Shown here: positions 51,001-63,842 of the stretch, piece by piece
Layout of the letters: every line of letters begins with the position of its first letter
Numbering within the stretch: the first letter of the stretch is position 1
NCBI GenBank assembly: GCA_051362555.1
Contig: CM120647.1
Span: forward strand, 930,001 to 994,000
DNA length: 64,000 nt
Reading direction: 5' to 3'
Origin: Lingula anatina
Taxonomy: Eukaryota; Animalia; Brachiopoda
Made by a program: the position numbers and the translations under genes
The notes under the pieces: generated by a model
Told to the model about the DNA's origin: nothing
Databases searched by the model: none
Seen by the model: only the letters and a program-made list of their open reading frames with translations

Positions 51001-51548
51001 GAAATAGGTTCACAAGAGCCACAAATAAAGTATATCTGTCGACTTTTGGTTGTTTTTCTATTTTCCCTCAAAAATTGACGGCCATATTGAAAATGCTCAA
51101 AGTCTTGGAAGTAGACACCAAGCTAACTTAACCTTTCTAGCCCTAAAGGATGGTTTTCTGTAATGAATGTTTACAGGAAAGATCATTGCAGGGTTCGACT
51201 ATTTAGTATATGGGAGTCAGTATAGATATTCGCATGTATTGTGCAATATCACCCAGTGACGACATCATGACGTCATTATAACTGTTATACATGTGCACAG
51301 TAAGTGTATATTTCTCACATTTATTCATATTATCATAATTAACGCCGGTAGTGCTCATTTAAGGGAATTTTGAATGTACGTAAAAATGCTGAATCAGCAT
51401 ATTTTAAGAAAGCCGCTCATCCGGGTACTTGTGAATTTTGGAATTGCCCCCCGATCCAAAATTGACAAACACCCAATGGTCATTCATCGTGGAAAGTTTC
51501 ATGCTTTTATCACTTTTTGCACAATTTTTTGGCTTAGCCGCCTAACTA
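48014..51548. mobile_element. 3.5-kb non-autonomous DNA transposon with ~350-bp TIRs, TAG..CTA ends and 3-bp TSD (Academ-like)
   Basis: 48014-48362 mirrors ~51208-51548; flanked by TAT on both sides; empty site gatgctatgaaa at ~58911-58922; no transposase ORF seen. Confidence 0.82.
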
Positions 51549-52385
51549 TATGAAAATTTAATGTTTGGTATTGTCAGTTACAGGGAGGTTTAACACACTG
51601 TTACTAGTGCACATCTCCATCCATTTCACTACTGGATACACTCAACACACACAATGCATAGACAGACAGACAGATCGATATCTTATTTATTTTGAATTGT
51701 CAACAGAAGCACAAGAAATAGGGAAAACATTTTAATTCATTTTAATTTACTCTCACAGTAGCAGCAAGTCAAGCAGTCAAAATTGAATTACATCTTTACA
51801 TCTGTCTGCATTCATATAACTACCTTGGATGGGCTTGGTTAATATAAAATTGCTGTGAAACTAGTTATTGCTACTTCCACCTTGGGTCCGTTATTTATTT
51901 TTATAACATTTGAAATGCCCATAAGCGCTCTCCAAGCTTCCCTTTGCTTTGTGTAAAATAATAACGGTCAAGGTCACAAGAGAGTAAGCGTCAGTTTGAC
52001 TGCTTGTATTGGCTAGTCAGTTCATAACATTGAAAGGAAAAAAGGCCCAGTATCTAAATTCAAATTATAACTCAATGGCACGGAATATGAAGTTGGCGGA
52101 ACCAAAAGTAATTTTAATTATTATAACTAGTTTATAGCATTCCTAATATAGGTATTTTTCACTCGCAAAAATGAAAAAGCATTTTCACTTCTAAACGTAT
52201 TTTCCCAAACGACCTACAGTGTAATGGGCTTTAGTTGAGGAAGTCGACTTACAAAAGCAAATATCACAAACTAACTCCAGCCGTTGTTGAAATGATCGCT
52301 ATCACGTGCATTTTTAGGCCTGTAGAAGCACTGTGGTCAAAACAAAAAACTGCGTTCTTTTTTTATCCCAGCCAAAATTCTTTAA

Positions 52386-53103
52386 AGATGCATACAAGGT
52401 CAATTTTTGTCACAAAAACCAACCAAATGCCAGCATATAGTTTCAAGTAGTATAACTAAGAGAATTACTAAAAGGCATTGTTTAATTTTAACCGAAAATA
52501 ATGTTTGGACAGATTCTTCTGCTGGCATTCTAAGTTGTATGTCAATGGAGCAGGAAAGTGGGTCACGAAAGTAGGTTAAAGGGATAATAACTCTTCGTAT
52601 GAGACCTATATTTCACAATAAAAATCTTGTGAATAACTCATAGAAATATAATATATTCTGTTTTACCACAAAACAGCAGTTATAGCTTTTATTCTGATAT
52701 TTGAACTTGTCTTTAGACCACGTGACCTCCATTGATGTCTATACTCTGTTAAAATCTCTTAAGAGATTTTAACAAAAAACCAAACTTTTTAGAAAAAAAA
52801 AACAGGGACTAACTTTGAATGTAAAAATGGATTCATTAACCATTGGTAAGTATGGGAAAATTGTTGTTTACTCCAGGAAAATTTATTTTTTGGCCGAAAC
52901 GAAGAGTTATTATTGCTTTAAATTTACAACCAAATATTTAAAGAAAGGAGCAATCTAAAGGTCTTTTATGTCTGATCGAGTGATCTATTCAGTTTATTCT
53001 TTGGCATGTCGAATTTATTTGAGTCATATAAGAATCTAGTAGAAGTGGTTTACATGTGTCACTGGGAAACCACGCTCCACCGATGCTCGGTTCGTATGTA
53101 CCT
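52386..53103. mobile_element. Kolobok-like TTAA element carrying a second TTAA element (52580-52917)
   Basis: Outer TTAA-agatgcatac..gtatgtacct-TTAA with empty site at ~56629. Inner TTAA-agggataataactcttcgt..acgaagagttattattgct-TTAA, absent from the sister copy at 12254-12630. Confidence 0.82.
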
Positions 53104-53469
53104 TTAAGCAAAAGTCGGATGTTGATGTGTTTCCCGGATACAATATTTTTCTAAACATCTACAGTCACAACAACATGATCCCTGGACCAACTGATTTGCT
53201 GACTAAATATGCCCGACTCACTTAAAAGCAAGCCACCTCATTCCCTGATGGCCTCCACGCATACATGCGGGCCATCGCTGCAGGGGCCTTGCAAATAAAT
53301 CTCAGAGCTAAGATTTAATCCGTTATATGGTGTGTGTGGAAGTGGGGAAACAATCAGAGGATTAAGCAGAGCTGCTTATAAGTTTGGTCAGCCATATTTA
53401 ATCGGTAGATCAGTTATAATATTTAAACATGAAAAATAACCATAATGCCTTGCTGAACAGTTTCTTGTT

Positions 53470-55080
53470 TGTTTTTATTCATTATTTCTTGAAAGGCATC
53501 AGTTGGATATTCCTTCATTTATGATGTAATTCCTTTCTCAAATTCACTGAGGAGAAATGACTTGACCAGAGAATCTTTTTATCCTCCAACTTGCTTCAGT
53601 CCCCAACCAACTGGAACACTATCTTGGCTTAAGGTACCTGACATAGGACCTGTGACCTTTGCATTGAAAATTCGAATTGACTGTGCACCTTTCCTAATTT
53701 TCAACACCGGCTCCATGGCAGTCTCTGAAAACTTCAGATGAAGACAAATCTGTGTGCGTGTTACTGGCTGAAATAACATCATCTCCTTCATCAACATAAA
53801 ATCTTATGAGAGATGAGAGTCTCTTATGAGACTTTCAAGGGGAGCAGTTTTTGTTCACATTTGTCCTTGCCTGCTTGTGCCGAACGAAGAAGCATATCTG
53901 GTCAGATAAAGCTGGTATTTCTATGGAAAAAATAATAGGAGTACATCATCTAAATAATAATAATTATAATAATAATAATAATAATCATCTTTATTGGAAA
54001 ATCGCAACCCGAAGGTTGAAGTTATATAATTATGTAATTTATTTAAATAAAATGAATATTCAAGTCAAGGAAGCCTGGTCATTTTTGCACTGGTGCACTC
54101 TGTAGACGTTCTCACCTCCCTGGGGAGGATACAGCTCGGCTGCCATATTAGGCGCTAATAGCTAATGTAACATTTCTGCACTGCCTGACCAGGCCCCTGC
54201 TTCAACCCCTTAATGCTGAGTGCCAAGCGGGGAGACAGCAGGTACCGTTTATAAAGGACTGGTATGTCCCCGGACGGGTTTTGAAACCACGTCCTCCCGC
54301 TCCAGAGGACACTCTAACCACAAGGCCATCCGGACGGTCTTAATCTAATATTTCTCCAAGGCCATCCACTTTTGTTTTCAGCTGGCAGCCAGATTTATCC
54401 AGCAGAAATATAACTGCAACCCAGTTCTAAGTGGCTTTCTCCCCGCAGTGGATCTGACAAAAAGAATGAAAATATTATTTTACAAATACATCCTTGCTAA
54501 TAATTTTCTGGAAACTATGAAATTTACCCAGATGAAAGGCTTTTCATTAGCAAGGTCCTATCTAGCAATGATAAAATCCACCTTTAAAGCTAATTATTAC
54601 AACAAACATCACTGTTATTGAAACAAACATTGATTGGAATACTAAACAACATAATAGGTTTCAAAGAGAATATCATATAATCATATAATAAGCCAAAGGA
54701 AGTTTTTTTTAAAGAAACTAATGAGTAATATAAAGAATGACGAATCTAAAGCAAAGGCATGGCACAGAATCTCATTTACCTCATACCCATTACTAGCATA
54801 CTTCATGACCCCAGTGGTGCGAACACACCTTGGAAATCTAGACACCAGTCGCTTGATTATCAAAGGATTTTTCTTTCCCTGTATGAAGTGGGTGCTGGCA
54901 CTCTCTGGATTGAGTCTATTCTGTCCCTAGTCGAAATCTGTGAGCTGGACATACCGTTAAGCTAAGTAGCTCTCTCTCAGAGCGTCTGAAGAATGGGCTC
55001 CCTATTATCCCTGACTTGACCCTGGACGCGAAGCACATTCAGATTTCGTAAATGATTCTCAACATGTCTGGTGCACTCCC
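53470..55080 (-). pseudogene. Decayed DNA-transposase relic (possibly Sola-type); second copy at ~56990-58200
   Basis: Broken minus-strand frames in order: LTVCPAHRFRLGTE*TQSRECQHPLHTGK; SAQAGKDKCEQK..RFYVDEGDDVISA; PVGWGLK..VKSFLLSEFEKG. Family assignment is from memory of motif order and is unverified. Confidence 0.5.
53955..54340 (-). mobile_element. tRNA-derived SINE with (ATT)n tail
   Basis: Minus strand: A box tggccttgtggttagag, B-box-like ggtttcaaaacccg, central ggtacctgctgtctccccgcttggcactcagcattaaggg (resembles the MetaSINE domain as recalled), aataaa and (att)n end; absent at the sister site ~57478. Confidence 0.8.
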
Positions 55081-58000
55081 CAAGCAAAATACAACTTGTT
55101 TCATATTTATAGGCACTTGTAGTGTATAAATATGGACTTAACAGGGGCAGATCCAGGATTATTTAAAGCCGGGGGGAGGGGAGGGATTGGGAAAGACAGG
55201 CCTCGGATGGGAAGCCGACCATCGCCAACAAGGCGTGAGATTCGGGCCTGCTCAAGGGCCCCGAAAACTTTTTGATGTTTTGGAGAGCAAACAGCGCCCT
55301 TAGGTACGGGTTGGAACTTTTCTTTCTCGATTTCTCAATTATGCGCAGGGTCTCCAACTCGTTTTTGCAGCGAGTCATTTTTTTGCACTAAACTTAATTT
55401 TATTGTACATTTGATCTTTTTTTTTGGTTGGGAGCAAAATGGTCTGAAACCAGAAACAACCTCGATGTACAGATCTAAGGCGATTGTCCGTTAAACTCGA
55501 TCAACGACAAAAACCCTGTTTGCAATGACGTTGTACTGACAACCACTTACACTGAGTGCGCGATTAGGTTAAAACACCTTTTTTTGTGACCACTATTGTA
55601 TGATTATATCATAACAATTTGAAACGAAATCCAGATTTCTTGAAATAGATTGATTGATGCCATTGACAGAAAAACTAATACCGCACTTGGAAAAGTTTAA
55701 ACGATCCATTTTAATGCAATTCTAAAGGATCTCTTCCAAAGAGTGCTAAATATGGTTTTGAATGTTGTGTCTGGTTGTCATTAGTTTAATCATTTCAACA
55801 AGATGATGTTATGAAAATTTAATGTTTGCCATTGTGAGCTACAAGGAAGTTTTACACACTGTTACTAGTCCATATCACCATCCAGTTCAATATTGGATAC
55901 ACTCAACACACACAATGCATAGATGGACAGACAGATCGATATCTTATGTAATAGGGAAAATATTTTAATTCATTTCAATTTTCTCTCACAGTATCAGCAA
56001 GTCAAGCAGTCAAAATTGACTTACATCTTTACATCCGTCTGCATTCATATAACTACCTTGGATGGGCTTGGTTAATATGAAATTGCTGTGAAACTATCTA
56101 TTGTTACTTCCACCTTGGGTTCGTTAATAATTTTTTAATTCATTTGAAATGCCCATAAGTGCTCTCCAAGCTTTCCTTTGCTTTGGGTAAAATAATAGCG
56201 GTCAAGGTCACAAAAGAGTAACCGTCAGTTTGACTGCTTGTATTGGCTAGTCAGCTCATAAAATTGAAAGGTAAATAGGTCCAGTATCTAAATTCAAACT
56301 ATAACACAATAACACGGAATATGAAGTTGGCGGAACCAAAAGTAATTATAATTATTGTAATTAGTTAATTGCATTCCTAATATAGGCATTTTTCACTTGC
56401 AAAAATGAAATAGCATTTTCACTTCTAGACGTATTTTTCCAAACGTCCTACAGTGTAATAGACTTTAGATGAGGAAGTCGACTTACAAAAGCAAATATCA
56501 CAAACTAACTCCCGCAGCTGTTGAAATGATCGCTATCACGTGCATTTTTAGGCCAGAAGAAGCACTGTGGTCAAAACAAAACAAAAAAAAAAAAAACTGC
56601 GTTCTTTTTTTAGCTAAGCCAAAATTCTTTAAGCAAAAGTCAGCTGTTGATGTGTTTCCCGGATACAATATTTGTCTACACATCTACAGCCACAGCAACA
56701 TGATCCCTGGACTAACTGATCTGATGACTAAATATAGCCGACTCACTTAAAAGCAAGCCGACTAATTTCCTGATGGCCTCCACGCATACACGCGGGCCAT
56801 CGCTGCAAAAGCCTTGCAAATAAAACTCAGAGCTAAGATTTAATCCGTTAAATGGTGTGTGTGGAAGTGGAGAGATAATCAGAGGATTAAGCAGAGCTGC
56901 TTATAAGTTTGGTCTGCCATATTTAATCGGTAGATCAGTTATAATATTTAAACATGAAAAATAACCATAATGCCTTGCTGAACAGTTTCTTGTTTGTTTT
57001 TATTCATTATTTCTTGAAAGGCATCAGTTGGATATCCCTTCATTTCTGATGTAATTCCTTTCTCAAATTCACTGAGGAGAAATGACTTGACCAGAGAATC
57101 TTTTTATCCTCCAACTTGCTTCAGTCCCCAACCAACTGGAACACTATCTTGGCTTAAGGCACCTGATATAGGACCTGTCACCTATGCAGTGAAAATTCAC
57201 AGTGACTGTGCACCTTTCCCAATTTTCCACAACAGCTGCATGGCAGTCTCTGATAACTCCAGATGAAGACAAAGATGTGTGCATGTCACTGGCTGAAATA
57301 ACACCATGTCCTTCATCAACATAAGGTCTTATGAGCGATGAGAGTCTCTTATGAGACTTTCAAGGGGAGCAGTTTTTGTTCATATTTGTCCTTGCCTGCT
57401 TGTGCCGAACAAAGAAGCATATATGTTCAGATAAAGCTGGTATTTCTATGGACAAAATAATGGGAGCACATCATCTAAATTAATATTTCTTCAAGGCCAT
57501 CCACTTTAGTTTTCAGCTGAAATTTATCTAGCAGAAATATAACTGCAACACAGTTCTAAGTGGCTTTCTCCACGCAGTGGATCTGAAAAATGAAAATATT
57601 ATTTTACAAATATATCCTTGCTAATAATTAACAGGAAACTATGAAATTTGCCCAGATGAAAGGCTTTTCATAAGCAAGCTTCTATCTAGCAATGATAAAA
57701 TCCACCTTTAAAGCTAATTATTACAACAAACATCAATGTTATTGAAACAAACATTGATTGGAATACTAAACAACATAATAGTTTTCAAAGAGAAAATCAT
57801 ATAATAAGCAAAACGAAGGTTTTTTTTTAAAGAAAATTAATGAGCAATATAAAGAATGACGAATCTAAGGCAAAGGCATGGCTCAGAATCTCATTTACCT
57901 CATACCCATTACTAGCATACTTCCATGATCCTAGTGGTGCAAACACACCTTGGAAATCTAGACACCAGTAGTTTGGTTAGCAAAGGCTTTTCTTTCCCTA

Positions 58001-60656
58001 TGTGAACTGGGTGCTGGCACTCTCTGGATTGAGTCTATTCTGTACCTAGTCGAAATCTGTGAACTGGACATACCGTAAAGCTAAGTAGCTCACTCTTAGA
58101 GCGTCTAAAGAATGGGCTCCCTATCACCCCTGACTTGACCCTGGACGCGAAGCACATTCAGATTTCGTAAATGATACTCAACATGTCTGGTGCACTCCCC
58201 AAGCAAAATACAACTCGTCTAATATTCATAGGCATTTGTAGCATATAAATATGAACTAAACAGGGGCAGATCCAAGATTCTTTAAAGCCGGAAGGGGGGG
58301 GGAGGTGTTCGGAAAGCTGACCATCGCCCACTATGCGTGAGGTTTGGGTCTGCTCAAGGGCCCCGAAAACTTTTTGATGTTTTGGAGAGCAAACAGCGCC
58401 CTTAGGTACGGGTTGGAACTTTTCTTTCTCGATTTCTCAATTATGCGCAGGGTCTCCAACTCGTTTTTGCAGGGGTCATTTTCTTGCACTAAACTTTATT
58501 CTATTGTACATTTATTGTTCATTTTTTTTAGTTGGGAGTAAAATGGTCTGAAACCAGAAACAACCTCGATGTACAGATCTAAGGTGACGGTCCGTTAAAC
58601 TCGATCAATGACAAAAACCCTGTTTGCAATGACGTTGTACTGACAACCACTTACACTCAGTGTGTGATTAGGTTGAAATGCTTTTTTTTTTTTTTTTTTT
58701 TTTTGTAACCACTTTTGTAAGATTCTATCATAACAATTTGAAACGAAGTCCGGAGTTCTTGAAATATATAAATTAATGCCACTAACAGAAAAACTAATAC
58801 GGCACTTGGGAAAAGTTTAAACGATTTATTTTAATGCAGCTCTAAAGGATCTCTTCCAAAGAGTGGTAAATATGGTTTTGATCATTTAATCATTTCAAAG
58901 AGATGATATCGATGCTATGAAAATTTAATGTTTGGTATTGTCAGTAACAGAGGGGTTTTACACACTGTTACTAGTGCATATCGCCATCCAGTTCAATATT
59001 GGATACACTTAGCACACAAAATGTATAGATGGACAGACAGATCGATATGTTATTTATTCTGAATTGTCAGCAGAAGCACAACAAATAGAGAAAACATTTT
59101 AATTCATTTCACTTTACTCTCACAGTATCAGCAAGTCAAACAGTCAAAATTGTCTTACATCTTTACATCCGTCTGCATTCATATAACTACCTTGGATGGG
59201 CTTGGTTAATATGAAATTGCTGTGAAACTATCTATTGGTACTTCCACCTTGGGTCCGTTAATTACTTTTAATACATTTGAAATGTCCATAAGCACTCTCC
59301 AAGCTATCCTTTGCTTTGTGTAAAATAATAACAGTCAAGGTCACAAGAGAGTAACCGTCAGTTTGACTGCTTGTATGGGCTCGCCAGCTCATAACATTGA
59401 AAGGAAAAAAGGTCCAGTCTCTAAATTCAAATTATAACACAATGGCACGGAATATGAAGTTGGCTGAACCAAAAGTAATTATAATTATTGTAATTAGTTT
59501 ATAGCATTCCTAATATAGGTATTTTTCACTCGCAAAAATGGAATAGCATTTTCACTTCTAGACGTATTTTCCCAAACGACCTACAGTGTAATGGACTTCA
59601 GTTGAGGAAGTGGACTTACAAAATCAAATATCATAAACTAACTCCCGCAGCTGTTGAAATGATTGCTATCGGGTGCATTTTTAGGCCTGTAGAAGCACTG
59701 TGGTCAAAACAAAAAACCGTGTTCTTTTTTTAGCCAGCAAACTGGGTATTTGTATATTCCAATGTACCTGGGAAGGCGGCTTGAGAGCCAGGGTCTTCTA
59801 GGTCTTCCGGAAGACGGTCAGATTTTCAAGTTTACATTGACGGTATCTAATTTTTTCTGTCGGAGGACGGTCAAAATGGAGGATGGATCAACAAAGATAA
59901 TTTGGAAGACTGTCAGAAAATATCGCTGTATACGCCCCTGAGAGCATGCCCAAATTCTTTAAGCAAAAGTCGGATGTTGATGTTTTTCCCGGATACAATA
60001 TTTTTCTACACATTTACCAATTTGCACTACAGAATTCAATCAGCAATTTACAACACATCATTTTAATCTATATATAATTTTGGCAGTTTCCCTTTATTTT
60101 TGAATTGGATAGCATTAAGAAACCAATAGGTCACTTCAAAACCTAAATAGCATCTAAAATTTTTCATACATCATCATGCCTTGCCACATAACTCCGTGAA
60201 TTATCCCACATCCAAGTCTAATTGCCCTTCCTATTGAATACAGTGACGTACAGAGGTATCTGCATCTGCCTCCAAAATTAGCACAGTTCTAATGGCATAC
60301 TTATATCAACAATTTTTAACATATCCCACCTTGAATTTATACCATTGTAAAAAAGTTATACAGAGAATGAAATTCTGTCAATATAAAAACTGAAAAAATT
60401 AAGTGAGGAAGTCACCAAATGGTGCTATTCAGTCTCAATTTTTTTCATTTTCATTCCAAGATTTCTGTCATCGTCCTATTACCACCAGTGACTCTCATTT
60501 ACTGGTTTGGGTTGCCCCCTAAAAAATGGAAGAATAAATTAAGTCCTGCGACAGTTCACCAGGACCATGTCATAACATAAACTCCATGCACCACTACAGT
60601 ATCTTACTACACGTGATAAGTGTCACTTTCCTTAATCTCTTTTAGTCATAGACTGG

Positions 60657-60890
60657 GTTCCCATACCTAGATTGATCCATCTGGATCGACCTAACTCCGT
60701 GAGGAGTCTCACTAAAATGCTATCATCTAACTGGCTTAAATGTCTGTCATGCCCACCAAATCAGCTAGAGGTCAAGATAATTACCCCCTAACAACTTTAC
60801 TAGGCGTGACAGACATTTATGCCGGTCAAGTTGACAGCAATTTAGTGAGATTCCCCAGGGAGATAGATCGATCCAATTATCTGTGAGAAT
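60657..60890. mobile_element. MITE, AGATCGATCT family, downstream of the NSMCE2 stop
   Basis: Shares gatcgacctaactcc, taattaccccct and tagtgaga..ccc..gatagatcgatc with 7265-7460. Confidence 0.65.
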
Positions 60891-61040
60891 GGTCCCACAA
60901 TGTCCTTTCGCAGTCAGCAGCATTTAAAAAATATATCCACAGCTTCCTCTTGTGTTCTCAGTGTTGACAAAACCTTGGTTGACACTGAACAAATCTAGCA
61001 CCCTGATGACTCTCACTTGGAATTCCAAGTTCATGAGCTG

Positions 61041-63842
61041 TCACACATTAAATGCCCCTCTTCCTGGTCGCTTTGTCCTCTTTCCTTCCTGTCTGTTCTT
61101 AGTTTCTATGTATCGTTTGAATTTATTGTCTTCCTCCAGGTCGTCCTGGCTGATGGGTTTAGTGTTGGCACATCCCGCCACCGGGCACCTGAGGGGAGAC
61201 ATAGACAGTTAAAAGTAGCGCAGACTAATTCCCTGATGGCTTCCCGCCTCCACTGAGGGGAGAAATTGACATAGAGGGCATTCACTAAAAGTTGATCCCT
61301 GGACAAACTGATCCACTGACTAAATATGGCCGACTCACTTAAAAGCAAGCCGACTAATTCCCTGATGGCCTCAACGCATACATGCGGGCCATCGCTGCAG
61401 GGGCCTTGCAAATAAATCTCAGACCTAAGATTAAATCCCTTAAATGGTGTGTGTGGAAGTGTTAGCTGTATACTAACTTGGTTGTCACCCCTCATTTTCA
61501 ACATTGTGTTAGCTGTGTACTTACTTGGCTCTGTCACCTCTCATCTTCAACATTGTGTTAGCTGTGTACTTACTTGGCTCTGCTGCCTCTCTTCTTCAGC
61601 ATCTCCTCTACGGCGGCTCTGTCATATCTGTGATCACACAATTTGTTCCTCATGGGGTTGATCATCTCTTGACCCGTGTACGGACACTTGGTGACCACCA
61701 CTTGCTGGGTCATGGCAAGGTCATCATCATCAAGGTCAAGGCTGGCCTGCTCTGGCATTAACTCATCTGGACAATAGAAAGAAACATGAAAAGGTATTCC
61801 ATCTTCATTTGAGAACATCCTTACTCATACTTTTTATCAGTCTATGTCAATCCTTCAAACCTACTTATATTTTCCAACTAATACCTTCAAAATGTTCCAA
61901 CCCTTCAAATTACTACCTAACATTAGTATACATTCTTAAAATATATATATTATATTTTAGTATATATTCTTATATTCTTCTTCATTTGAGAAATGTTCCG
62001 ACCCCTCCAATAACCACCTGATGTAAGTACATTTTCTTCAAAAATGTATAGGGAGACATGGTGGTTCAACATACAACGAAATGATTTAATTGAAAATGGT
62101 ATAAAATATCCCAGTCAAGCAAAGATCCCTGAGTAAGAAAATATTGCTTATTCTTAAGGAAAATGTGACTTAGTTGGAAAGCCCAGATAGGATGACTTTG
62201 AACATTTACAGGTGATTTGGGAGGGGTGGGGGGGGGGGGGGGGGATGGAAGAGAATGACAGCATGCTTGTCAATGTCTCTGACAGTAAAAAGGAACATTA
62301 CATGGAATGGTTCTCAAAAGCCAAATAGAAAAGTTTAGTGATCAGGTCGCCAGTAATAATGTAACGGTTCCAAAAGGGGTAACTAGAAAATGTGACACCA
62401 GTTAAGAGTACTTCTGGCAGAGCCTCACCTGGGTGAAGTGTGTCCCATATCTTCTGATTCAGATCTTTATATTTGATGTGTTCCTGTAACCTGGCAGGGT
62501 CTATTGTCTTTTTCCTCTCAGTGAATTCTCTGTCCAACATGTCCGCCATGCCCACCGTGTCACCAGTGCTCTGGGGTGGTCAAAAGGAATTACTTAACAA
62601 TGAGTAAGCATACTGTTCTATGGGTACTTACACAAACTTACACAAGAATTTGAATAAAGAGGTGAATTAATTTGAAAAACACCCATATTTATAACACACT
62701 AACTGTTTGACAATCCTCTGTTCATAAGCAAAGAGAGTTGTACATATGTAACTGTTACATTTTCTTGTGTAAATCTAATCCAATCCTTTTTTTATCAAAG
62801 AATGCTGCTCATAGAAATGTACAAAATACAGTGAAATTGAATAAAAGAGCACAAAGTATAGCACAAACGCAATTTATGCAAGTTATTTGACCCAATCTAA
62901 AAAAAAATTATTCCAGAACCAAAAAAAAAAAAAAAAAAAGCTTACAGTACTGATATTTTCTACAAGACCACAAGATGTCACTTTGACAAGAGAAGACAGG
63001 TTCCAGTTTACCTGAGTTTTGACGTGATCAACTGCGGAGAGGAAATGCTGAAGCTCAGCCTCCATGCTTATATACTGCAGCATCATGTCTTTTAACTCAT
63101 TCTCTTTATCCGTGCTCTCACCTAAATATAAACCATCAATATATGAACATCAAGACTTTCCACATCACAAAATGATTAGAAGTATTTTAAGCACTAAATC
63201 TTTGGAATGTAATGTTAACATCAGTCATGCGATCTGAAGTCTAGGGAGTGTTGATGATTCTTCCTAAAACCCGTTAGTCTAGATACCCTTGAGCTCAGAA
63301 AGAATCGGACATTACCAAAAGTAACAATTTTTAACAACTGGTTACGCCCCTCTTTTATACATGGATTGCGTTACTTGAACACAATGCATGAGTTATCAAC
63401 AGACAATACATTGCAGCATGGGATGTTAACCCTGGTCTAAACAGAGGTATCAGCTCTAATACCCTATAACTATCACTGTTAGCTAGATATCGCTGTGAGC
63501 TAGCTGTTAACAGATAATCTAGAGGGTTCTTTCTGACCTCAACTATATGTGTTGTTGTTATTTACTTATAAACTGTTACACTGGTCAATTACAGCCAACT
63601 GCACATCTCACTGTGGGCTCTTTTCATTAATTGACCATCTCTCCCCCCTCTCTTCTCAAGTTAACGCCAGAATGTAGTTATCACATTTATCACTGTATGA
63701 TCACACCTTTGTCACACTGCACAAAGTCTTGTGTCACGTCTATAACGGTCTCCATTCCAACTGTGATGTAGTCTTTCACTTTATCCAGCTTTTCCAGAGC
63801 TTGGTCAACCACGGCGAAGCGGGCTTGGTGATTGCCAGGCAT
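61041..63842 (-). CDS. NSMCE2: E3 SUMO-protein ligase NSE2/MMS21 (SMC5/6 complex), 5 coding exons, ~242 aa
   Basis: Exons 63842-63707, 63121-63012, 62570-62429, 61766-61574, 61188-61041; GT-AG introns, phases consistent, 729 nt. Helical N-terminus, acidic DLDDDDLAMTQ linker, SP-RING CPYTGQEMINPMRNKLCDHRYD...KCPVAGC. Acceptor at 63855 implies an upstream UTR exon not identified here. Confidence 0.93.
61460..61602 (-). repeat. 49-bp minisatellite (3 copies) made of the last 29 nt of the NSMCE2 SP-RING exon plus donor
   Basis: Minus-strand unit atgttgaagatgagaggtgacagagccaa|gtaagtacacagctaacaca versus exon end ATGCTGAAGAAGAGAGGCAGCAGAGCCAA|gtaagtacacagctaacaca. Confidence 0.92.

Larger units (their letters stand above)
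51549..60010. repeat. Older ~3.1-kb tandem repeat, about 2.6 units (homologous points at 45901, 55128, 58247)
   Basis: Same sequence recurs at 51552/55814/58919, 52235/56469/59602, 53580/57105 and 54740/57860. Confidence 0.9.

Noticed and set aside
54260-54340. Possible tRNA gene on the minus strand
   Set aside because: A/B boxes are the head of a SINE, with a degenerate cloverleaf followed by SINE body and tail.
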